Origin: Alphaproteobacteria bacterium
GTDB lineage: Bacteria > Pseudomonadota > Alphaproteobacteria > RF32 > CAG-239
Length of the DNA stretch: 64,000 bases
Assembly (NCBI GenBank): GCA_017480745.1
Contig: JAFUSA010000005.1
Location: forward strand, 4,462 to 68,461
Direction: 5' to 3'
Shown: one piece after another, positions 48,410-55,931 of the stretch
How the letters are laid out: the number at the start of each line of letters is the position of its first letter
Numbering within the stretch: the stretch's first letter is position 1
Notes under the pieces: generated by a model
The model's database searches: none
What the model saw: only the letters and a program-made list of their open reading frames with translations
What the model was told of the DNA's origin: nothing
Position numbers and translations under genes: made by a program

Positions 48410-48865
48410 TTAAAGCTGTTGCAAAATCCAGTTTTGCTCGCCGATGCACTCAATCAGTTCAAGCTGTTGCTCGCCCCAATACATATCTTCTTCTTCGTCT
48501 TTGTAATAGTCTTTAAGCAAGTCATAGGTTGTAACATCTTCTTCGGCATTTTTCAGCACACCTTTGAGCCATGCCAAACCGTCAACGGATACTTTCAGGT
48601 CATGTTTTACCCAATCAATCGGGTTTTCAAAAACTTCTCCTGCTTTTTTGGCTTCAAGTTTAACTTTACCGCCCAAATCCAAAATACGGTCAATACATTT
48701 TTCAACATAACCGCGTTCTTCGGTAGCGTGTTCGGCATATTTTTCAGCCAGTTTTGAAAAACCTTTAGCCGCAAAAATGCGTGACTGCACTAAATGTCCG
48801 TCCGCTTGTTGCGCTAAGTTTGTTACAATGAACTGTAAATCAGAAATAATCTTTTCGTTTGACAT
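48410..48865 (-). CDS. Ferritin-like (bacterioferritin-type four-helix bundle) protein
   Basis: 151 aa. Spacing of E..H and E..EE..H-like positions (AEHATEERGYVEKCIDRIL; DEEEDMYWGEQQLELI) is collinear with bacterioferritin as I recall it. Confidence 0.55.
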   Translation of the reverse strand: MSNEKIISDLQFIVTNLAQQADGHLVQSRIFAAKGFSKLAEKYAEHATEERGYVEKCIDRILDLGGKVKLEAKKAGEVFENPIDWVKHDLKVSVDGLAWLKGVLKNAEEDVTTYDLLKDYYKDEEEDMYWGEQQLELIECIGEQNWILQQL

Positions 48866-48990
48866 TTTATCCTCACTTTATTTAACAAATTGCACACAAT
48901 TTAATTGTATTCAATACCTTATTAGCAAAACATTTTATTTAAGTCAACGATTATAACGTGTATGTGTTAATTTTTTTTTGCAAAAATAGT

Positions 48991-49234
48991 TTGACATTTA
49001 AGTTTTTTATGGTATCATAAAAACAAGATGAGGTAACTTGTCTGGGGTGTCGAAACCTCTCAACTTTCGTCTGTTATGGACGTTAAATTTTCCAGCATGG
49101 CTGGAAGGTTGCAGAATAAGAATGAGTATCGAATATGCAACACTGTTTAAAGTTGACAGTTTCGAACTTCCGGCCACCTCATGAGGTGGTTAATTTTGTA
49201 ATGAAATAACTAATTTAATGAAAGGAAGTTTACT
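48991..49234 (+). promoter_or_regulatory. Promoter plus type A structured leader (P5 copy, reference copy)
   Basis: Promoter: TTGACA (48991-48996), 16 nt, then TGgTATCAT (49010-49018).
Helices: H1 49026-49043 (GUAA loop), H2 49044-49059, H3 49068-49082, H4 49090-49106, H5 49142-49160.
Platform: box AACUUCC 49165-49171, palindromic hairpin CCACCUCAUGAGGUGG 49174-49189 followed by a U-rich tract, SD GGAAGUU 49224-49230. Confidence 0.8.
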
Positions 49235-49930
49235 ATGAAAAACTTTGATACAAAAAATATTCAAATTAATTTTAATCAAGCGGAAGATGCCTTGACGATT
49301 CCTGCGGAATCGAGGCATGACCATAAGTGTGGCTCTACCACACAAAGCGGTCGCTCAATGATAGAAATGCTTGGCGTGTTAGCCATTATCGGTGTGTTAT
49401 CGGTGGGCGGCATCGCCGGATATTCAAAAGCCATGCAAAAATATCGCATCAACAAAACCATTGAACAAATAACTCTTATTGCCGGCAATGTGCGTGCATT
49501 TTTTGCTCCGCAAAGAAATTATGACGACTTATCAACCAATGTTATCAAAAAAGCCAAACTTGTACCCGATGAAATGTGGGATGGTGGAAGTGACACTAAT
49601 CCGGTTAACGCATTTGGAGGAAATTTTGTGTTTTCTGCTGAGAATTTAACATCTGCTTCCAATATATCGGGTTCTTTTGTTATTATGATTGATTCTATTC
49701 CGCAAGAAGCCTGTATTGAAATAGCCACTATGGATTGGCGCGCAGATTCCGGAAATTCTGTTGTTAATATTTCTGTTAACGGTACTATGGATGAAACATT
49801 AGCGCAATATACAGATAATTGCACAGACAGTGCTCACAATGTTTGTGCAAAAAATATGCCGATGGATATTGCAACGGCTTCAAATGCTTGCAGTTCAGAT
49901 GAAAATTTTATAGGTATTAAGTTCTATTAA
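49235..49930 (+). CDS. Type IV pilin-like protein P5
   Basis: A 39-aa leader peptide ending ..TTQSG|RSMIEMLGVLAIIGVLSVGGIAGYSKAM. Divergent C-terminal domain with KKAKLVPDEM and IPQEACIEI motifs shared with the family. Confidence 0.85.
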   Translation: MKNFDTKNIQINFNQAEDALTIPAESRHDHKCGSTTQSGRSMIEMLGVLAIIGVLSVGGIAGYSKAMQKYRINKTIEQITLIAGNVRAFFAPQRNYDDLSTNVIKKAKLVPDEMWDGGSDTNPVNAFGGNFVFSAENLTSASNISGSFVIMIDSIPQEACIEIATMDWRADSGNSVVNISVNGTMDETLAQYTDNCTDSAHNVCAKNMPMDIATASNACSSDENFIGIKFY

Positions 49931-49980
49931 AAAAATATAGCAAAACATATCGCCGATTCTTTGACGGAATCGGCGGTCGC

Positions 49981-50757
49981 TTATTTTTTTATTTTGTTAA
50001 ATAAGTTCAAAAAGTTTGTTGTGGTAACAGTTGCTAATTCGTCAACAGATAGTCCTTTAACCTCTGCCAAAACTTGAGCAGTGTTGACCACAAAGGCTGG
50101 TTCGTTGCGCTCGCCACGATGCGGAATCGGCGCCAAAAACGGCGAGTCTGTTTCAATTAACAATCTATCTATCGGAACTGTGGCAAAAACATTGCGTAAC
50201 TCTTCACTTTTCTTAAAAGTTATGATGCCCGAAGCCGAGATATAAAAACCTATTTGCAACGCAAAATTGCATAATTCGGCACTTGAAGAAAAGCAATGTA
50301 ATTCGCCGCGGAACGGCTTCATTTTATACGCCTCTGATAATATTTGCATCATATCAGCATCAGAATCGCGATTATGAATAATCAAAGGCAGATCATATTC
50401 TTGTGATGCTTTAATATGTTCTTTTAATATGTTGATTTGTCTATCTTTTGTATTTGAGCTGTAGTAATAGTCTAATCCGCATTCGCCAATTCCCACAACG
50501 TAAGGAGATTTTACAATTTCGGCAAAATCAGCTACACAAAAATCCGGATATTTATCAGCAATTTCCGGATGAATCCCTACTGTTGTATATATTTTCGGAT
50601 GATTCCGGCAAAATTCAATTATCTTAGGGGTATCAGCTATATCATCGCTGACATCTAAGATATATTCAACTTTCATTTCCCGCGCTCTTTGCACCACATC
50701 TTCTCTATCCGTAGCAAAATCAGCGGAATTTATATGACAATGACTATCGCAAAACAC
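49981..50757 (-). CDS. tatD: TatD family metal-dependent hydrolase
   Basis: MFCDSHCHIN start (HxH). GECGLDYY, ETDSPFLAP. Confidence 0.85.
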   Translation of the reverse strand: MFCDSHCHINSADFATDREDVVQRAREMKVEYILDVSDDIADTPKIIEFCRNHPKIYTTVGIHPEIADKYPDFCVADFAEIVKSPYVVGIGECGLDYYYSSNTKDRQINILKEHIKASQEYDLPLIIHNRDSDADMMQILSEAYKMKPFRGELHCFSSSAELCNFALQIGFYISASGIITFKKSEELRNVFATVPIDRLLIETDSPFLAPIPHRGERNEPAFVVNTAQVLAEVKGLSVDELATVTTTNFLNLFNKIKK

Positions 50758-51809
50758 TATAACACCTTACAAATACCGTTCAAAATATTAATTAACATAA
50801 CTCGTCTATCCATATTAATATTGACACAATCAGCGAAGTTTTTGCGTATTTCCTGCCAGCAAGCATATAATGCCTCGGCATCCTGACATTCGGCCATATT
50901 ATCCTTAATGAACTTCAACAATAACTCTTGCAACAAAGTAAATTTATCGTCATCGATCGCATTTTTATTGCAAAAATCCAACATTTTGGACAGAGAAAAA
51001 TTGCGCTTGGCATATAAAATAGCAGAAAGTTCGTTATAAATATCAACTGCTTCATAATCGGCGTAACGTATGGCTTTACCTATGCTTCCGTCGCTCATTT
51101 CTGCCAACTTCGCTACCATAGATTCGCTTAAATTTGAGCGATATCGCCGGAGCAAACTTGCAACTTCGTTTTTTTTGAGCGTATGCATCGGCAATTTTGC
51201 GCAACGCGAACGGATAGTCGGTAATAATGTACCGGCATTATGGCTGATTAACAGTAAAATTGTTTTGGCCGGAGGTTCTTCTAATATTTTCAACAAAGCA
51301 TTTGCCGCACTTTTGTTCATATCGTCAGCGCTATCAATAATTACTATTCGCCACCCGTCATTAAAAGACGTCTTGCTTAAAAAATCATTGATTTTACGTA
51401 CATCATCAATGCGTATAAACGCCGATTTTTTCAGGTTGGCAATTTCATTATCATCAAGCGGTTCTCCCTTGCGTATTGCCGAAATGATTTTACGTTTGTC
51501 CGTTTCAATATAATCCTTTTCCAACACTTTCAAATCAGGGTGCGAACCTCCGGCAATTTGTTGAAATATCTGAGAGTTTTCCGGAATGTTCAATGACGAA
51601 TAATTGTCTTTTTTATTTGTATCGGCCCAAAGCAAAAAACGGGCGATTCTATAAGCCAAGGTTGCTTTACCTATTCCCTGCGGGCCGCTTAAAATCCAAG
51701 CATGATGCAAGGTGTTGTTTTTCCATGCTTTTAAAAATATTTCTTCTGCCTCTGTTTGTCCTAACAAAAAACCGTTATTTTGCGGTAAAATATTTTCAAC
51801 TTCCGCCAT
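50757..51809 (-). CDS. holB: DNA polymerase III subunit delta'
   Basis: HAWILSGPQGIGKATLA, VVIIDSADDMN-like box (IVIIDSADDMNKSAANALLKILEEPP), SRC motif (TIRSRC). Confidence 0.8.
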   Translation of the reverse strand: MAEVENILPQNNGFLLGQTEAEEIFLKAWKNNTLHHAWILSGPQGIGKATLAYRIARFLLWADTNKKDNYSSLNIPENSQIFQQIAGGSHPDLKVLEKDYIETDKRKIISAIRKGEPLDDNEIANLKKSAFIRIDDVRKINDFLSKTSFNDGWRIVIIDSADDMNKSAANALLKILEEPPAKTILLLISHNAGTLLPTIRSRCAKLPMHTLKKNEVASLLRRYRSNLSESMVAKLAEMSDGSIGKAIRYADYEAVDIYNELSAILYAKRNFSLSKMLDFCNKNAIDDDKFTLLQELLLKFIKDNMAECQDAEALYACWQEIRKNFADCVNINMDRRVMLINILNGICKVL

Positions 51810-52453
51810 TAAACCCCCAGTCGTTCTTCTATAACCGCCACAATTTTTTTATGTAAATTTTCAATACTTGTATCGGCATCAAGCACTACACAGCGTTCCG
51901 GTTCTCGTTTGGCAATTTCTAAAAAGCCGTTTCTTAAATTATTATGAAATTCAAGTTTTTTGCTTTCAAAACGCAGTTCTTTAACCTCCATTTCTTCCGC
52001 TTTTGCATAAGAACGGCGCATTCCGATTATCGGATCTATATCCAAAATAATGGTTAAATCAGGTTTAAAATCTCCGGCAACTATTTTATATAAATTTTGC
52101 AAAATATCAAAATCAACCCGTTTATCATAACCATAGTATTGATAAGCTTCGGTTGAGTCTGCATATCTGTCAGAAATTACCCATTTTCCATCATTTAAGG
52201 TTGGCCACACAATTTTGGTTAAGTTACACCTTCTGTCAGCATAATAAAGCAGACATTCGCTAATAGCATCAAACTTGTCTTTATCACCCGTTACCAGCAG
52301 TTGACGTAAAACTTTTCCTTCTTCGGTACTTCCGGGTTCTTTGGTTAACACAACATCAATTTTTCGGGAATGTAGATACTGCGCTAATAATTTGATTTGT
52401 GTGGATTTACCGCAACCTTCTCCCCCTTCAAGAGTGATGAATTTTCCGCGCAT
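51809..52453 (-). CDS. tmk: Thymidylate kinase
   Basis: FITLEGGEGCGKSTQ P-loop. DRY motif (SDRYADS). Confidence 0.9.
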   Translation of the reverse strand: MRGKFITLEGGEGCGKSTQIKLLAQYLHSRKIDVVLTKEPGSTEEGKVLRQLLVTGDKDKFDAISECLLYYADRRCNLTKIVWPTLNDGKWVISDRYADSTEAYQYYGYDKRVDFDILQNLYKIVAGDFKPDLTIILDIDPIIGMRRSYAKAEEMEVKELRFESKKLEFHNNLRNGFLEIAKREPERCVVLDADTSIENLHKKIVAVIEERLGV

Positions 52454-53602
52454 TTATTTTGCTCCGAATACAAAATATTTTACATTAAACCACAAACGAC
52501 CTAACAATCCTACTTTACTTACGTTTTTATCGGCTACCAACGGAATTTCCAATGGATTTTGACCGTCTATTTCTATTTTTAGGGTGCCTATTTTTTGTCC
52601 GGCTTGCACCGGAGCGTTTATCGGTTGATCAAATTCCGCGGTTGCTTTGATTTTTTCAGTTTTGCTGAGATGGACGGTTTTCAAAACATCTTCGGCAACT
52701 GTTAAATCAACACTTTTTTCTGTTCCGTACCAAACATTTGCTGTGGCAATTTTTTGCCCTTTGCTGAAAATTTTATAGTTATTGAACTCTCTGAACCCCC
52801 AGCTCATCATTCGTTCGCTTTCTTCCGAACGTTCCTTATTGCTACTCATTCCGCTCATAACTTCAATTAATCGGCGATTCCCCTTTGTGGCAGAAGCGGC
52901 CAAACAAAATCCGGCTTCTTCGGTATGTCCGGTTTTCAATCCGTCAGCGCCTTTCATTGAATATAACAACGGATTGCGGTTACCTTGTTTGATATTATTA
53001 TATGTAAATTCTTTCTCACTGAAATAATGGTATAAATCCGGAAATTCCTTGATTATATGGCGTGAAAGAATTGCTAAATCTTCCATAGACATTTTTTGGT
53101 CAGGGTGCGGAAGTCCGGTAGAATTAGCAAAACTACTGTTTTTCAAACCTAAATTTTTAGCTGTTTTGTTCATCAATATGGCAAAATCTTCTTCTGAACC
53201 GGAAATATTTTCTGCCACAACAATGCATGCATCATTACCGGATTGAATAACAATACCTTTGATTATATTTTCCACCGTTACATTATCGCCGATGGATAAA
53301 AACATTGTGGAACCTCCGGTTGCCGCACCACCTTTACGCCAAGCATTTTCGCTAACCGAAAAAGTGTCATCAAGTTTAATACTGCCGTCTTTAATTTTGC
53401 TCATTAAAATGTAAACGGTCATCAATTTACTCATAGAAGCCGGAGGTACGCTTTCGGTTATATTTTTTTCAAACAAATATTCACCGGTATCAAAATCCAT
53501 CAAAATTGCATTACGCGCTGATGTTTCGTATGCCTGAGCTTGTATAACACAAGCCATCATACAGCCAAAAACCGCAACACTCAATCCGTTTAATTTCATC
53601 AT
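52454..53602 (-). CDS. dacC: D-alanyl-D-alanine carboxypeptidase (S11, PBP5/6-like)
   Basis: SMSKLMT (SxxK), QSGND (SxN), LKTGHT (KTG). Signal peptide. Confidence 0.88.
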   Translation of the reverse strand: MMKLNGLSVAVFGCMMACVIQAQAYETSARNAILMDFDTGEYLFEKNITESVPPASMSKLMTVYILMSKIKDGSIKLDDTFSVSENAWRKGGAATGGSTMFLSIGDNVTVENIIKGIVIQSGNDACIVVAENISGSEEDFAILMNKTAKNLGLKNSSFANSTGLPHPDQKMSMEDLAILSRHIIKEFPDLYHYFSEKEFTYNNIKQGNRNPLLYSMKGADGLKTGHTEEAGFCLAASATKGNRRLIEVMSGMSSNKERSEESERMMSWGFREFNNYKIFSKGQKIATANVWYGTEKSVDLTVAEDVLKTVHLSKTEKIKATAEFDQPINAPVQAGQKIGTLKIEIDGQNPLEIPLVADKNVSKVGLLGRLWFNVKYFVFGAK

Positions 53603-53608
53603 TCTCTC

Positions 53609-54727
53609 CTATTTTTTCTCAATTCTTGTGTCTTTTATACCATAATATTTAAGTTTGGCCTGTGCCACCATGGCTTCTTCCTTGCGATTATAGGGGCCAA
53701 CCGTTACACGATAATATTTTTTTCCGCCTACTTCTGTCGGCACAATGTGGCAACTGCCATATTCTTTAACGCGAATCATTTGTTTATGTGCCGCATCATA
53801 ACCGGAGAATGAACCTGCTATAATATAGTAGTATCCGCTTAAATATTGATATTCACCGGTTTTGACAGCTCGGGTATCTCCTTTTTTAGGATCAGTTGCG
53901 GCTTTGGCATAAATACCATTATTTTCATGCACCGGTTTGCCGGCCAAAGCGGTTGTTCCCATAGCCGCCGATTTTGCAACTCCGTCTTTTGTTGCAGCGC
54001 TACCATAAACAGCCGGCTCGACTGTTTGTCCGGTTGGTTTGTAAGACCCAAGCGCATATTTTTTATCGCCAACACTGGCATAAATCTCTGCCTGATCGGC
54101 CTTTATTGTTGCTTCGGAAATTTTAATTCTCTCTTCTGATGATTCATATAGCGAATGGGCAGGGGTTTGTGCGGCTAATTTAGAACTGTCGCCGGAAACT
54201 TTTCCTGTTAGCATGGCTTCTTTTAGCTCTTTGCTTTCTTTGGCCATAACTTCCACCTTAACTTTGGTTGTGCCTTGTCCTAAATAGCCCAAAAGTTGAG
54301 CTCCGCGTTTGGATAAGTCTATAATGCGATCTTTTACATAAGGGCCACGGTCATTAACACGCAAAACAATAGAGCGACCGTTTTGCAAATTAGTTACTTT
54401 AACAATGCTTGGTAGTGGTAATGTGCGGTGTGCTGCGGTTAAAGTATTCATATTATAACGTTCGCCGTTTGCCGTTGGTTTACCGTTAAAATCTTCACCA
54501 TACCATGATGCAATACCAACTTCGGAATAGGTATAATCCTCCTTCGGATAATACCATCTGCCGGCGATTTGATAAGGATTACCAACCTTATATATTCCGC
54601 CGTAATTCTTAATTATTTCCGCCTGTGCCTGTGGCGATAATCCGGCAAGTTCAGGCGTTCCCGTGGAACAAGAAGAAAGCAATCCGCAAGCCATGGCTGC
54701 AAAAATAAGTTTTTTTACACAGTTCAT
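53609..54727 (-). CDS. rlpA: Septal ring lytic transglycosylase RlpA family lipoprotein with SPOR domain
   Basis: Lipobox LLSSC. DPBB region GIASWYGEDFNGKPTANGERY..LRVNDRGPY. C-terminal SPOR-like YYIIAGSF....YRVTVGPY. Confidence 0.85.
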   Translation of the reverse strand: MNCVKKLIFAAMACGLLSSCSTGTPELAGLSPQAQAEIIKNYGGIYKVGNPYQIAGRWYYPKEDYTYSEVGIASWYGEDFNGKPTANGERYNMNTLTAAHRTLPLPSIVKVTNLQNGRSIVLRVNDRGPYVKDRIIDLSKRGAQLLGYLGQGTTKVKVEVMAKESKELKEAMLTGKVSGDSSKLAAQTPAHSLYESSEERIKISEATIKADQAEIYASVGDKKYALGSYKPTGQTVEPAVYGSAATKDGVAKSAAMGTTALAGKPVHENNGIYAKAATDPKKGDTRAVKTGEYQYLSGYYYIIAGSFSGYDAAHKQMIRVKEYGSCHIVPTEVGGKKYYRVTVGPYNRKEEAMVAQAKLKYYGIKDTRIEKK

Positions 54728-54919
54728 CTTTTTGTCATTATACCCTTAAAAATATTTTAACGCAGACTAACTTTTTTTTGACTTTACTGCAAGCATAATT
54801 AACAACTTATACCGTTCTTAATACATTATTAGAACATCCTGTTGTATCAACATAAATGAATAAGTTTACCTGATGAAATATTTTTTAATGTTAGTGTATG
54901 TTGAACCACAGGGACGCAA

Positions 54920-55585
54920 ATGACAGATATTTTCAAAAACAAAAGACCTAATTTTCAAAAACTTATGAAATTTGGTTTTGTGCGAAAAAATCAAGTTTAT
55001 ACGTTTAACACTCCAATGAATAACGCTCAATTTATTTTATCGGTTGAGGTGCAAGAAAACGGCAAAGTTTCAAGTAAAATAACCGATATTGATTTTGGGG
55101 AAGAGTATGTTTTGCATTTGGTTCCTGATGCGACAGGTGAATACATAGGTAAAATTCGCACAGAATATAATGATATTCTACAAAAAATTGCAGCGGAATG
55201 TTTTGATGTAGAGATTTTCAAAACATCGCAGGCAAAAGAAATTATTTGCTATGTGCGACAAAAATATGGTGATGAAGCTGAATATTTATGGCCAAAGTTT
55301 CCGAATAATGCAATATGGCGGCGCAAAGATAATAAAAAATGGTATGGTGTAATTTTGACCGTTTCGGCAAAAAAGTTCGGATTTGAGAGCAGCGAAAATT
55401 TAGAAGTTATAGATATTCGAGCAGATAAGGCGAATTTGGCAAATTTGATAGATAATCAAAAATATTTTGCCGGATATCATATGAATAAGGAACATTGGCT
55501 GACAATTTGTTTAAACAATTCTGTTACAACCGAAGAGATTATGCTTCGGATTGATGAAAGTTATCGACTTGCCGCAAAAAAATAA
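54920..55585 (+). CDS. MmcQ/YjbR family protein
   Basis: 221 aa. The C-terminal half (KWYGVILTV...GYHMNKEHWLTI) matches the YjbR-like fold signature as I recall it. Confidence 0.6.
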   Translation: MTDIFKNKRPNFQKLMKFGFVRKNQVYTFNTPMNNAQFILSVEVQENGKVSSKITDIDFGEEYVLHLVPDATGEYIGKIRTEYNDILQKIAAECFDVEIFKTSQAKEIICYVRQKYGDEAEYLWPKFPNNAIWRRKDNKKWYGVILTVSAKKFGFESSENLEVIDIRADKANLANLIDNQKYFAGYHMNKEHWLTICLNNSVTTEEIMLRIDESYRLAAKK

Positions 55586-55930
55586 GCGATCCGCTTACGT
55601 CTGTGGTGTCAAGACCTCTTTTACGTGCGCCGTTCGTGGCGTTAAAATATTTCCGACAATGGTCGGAAGGTTGTGGAATAAATGTGGATGAATACGCAAC
55701 ACTATTTAAGCTAAAATAGTCTTGAACTTCCGGCCGCCTTAGTGGGTGGAATTGCCGGATATTCGAAAGCAATGATGAAATATCGTATTAACAAAACCAT
55801 TGAACAAATCACTTTGATTGCCGGCAATATCCGCACCTTTTTTGCCCCGCAGAGGAGTTATGCAGATTTAAACAACAGCACTATTCTTAAAAAAGCAAAA
55901 CTTGTTCCTGAGGAAATGATAGAATTATAG
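55586..55930 (+). pseudogene. Decayed pilin-like locus: promoterless type A leader remnant fused to an internally and C-terminally truncated pilin ORF
   Basis: Residues 55586-55748 align with leader A from H2 onward (H3, H4, GAAUAA, H5, box, 5' arm of the hairpin). The sequence then jumps directly into codons for GIAGYSKAMMKYRINKTIEQITLIAGNIRTFFAPQ and stops at 55928-55930 after ..KKAKLVPEEMIEL. No SD, start codon, signal peptide or C-terminal domain remains. Confidence 0.8.
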
Positions 55931-55931
55931 A

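Noticed and set aside
49028-49036. Mini-ORF AUG AGG UAA inside helix H1 of the type A leader, which could have indicated leader-peptide attenuation
   Set aside because: The AUG is present only in three copies (P2, P4, P5). The P3 and orphan copies read AUA AGG UAA, and the change is the compensated base pair of H1. The triplet is conserved as structure, not as a codon.
48991-49234. Assignment of the leaders to a known pilin-associated riboswitch (c-di-GMP-I/II) or another known class (ZTP, glycine, guanidine, ykkC)
   Set aside because: From memory, none of the conserved cores of these classes is present. This is a by-eye judgement only and needs a proper Rfam/Infernal scan. It is rejected as a positive claim, not excluded.
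5977-55930. Neisseria-like pilE/pilS antigenic variation (one expression locus plus silent cassettes) or a shufflon
   Set aside because: Every intact copy has its own promoter, SD, start codon and signal peptide. The conserved block differs at many synonymous sites, so there is no sign of ongoing gene conversion. No inverted-repeat-flanked segments or dedicated recombinase lie nearby, and xerD at 15414 is the ordinary chromosomal one.
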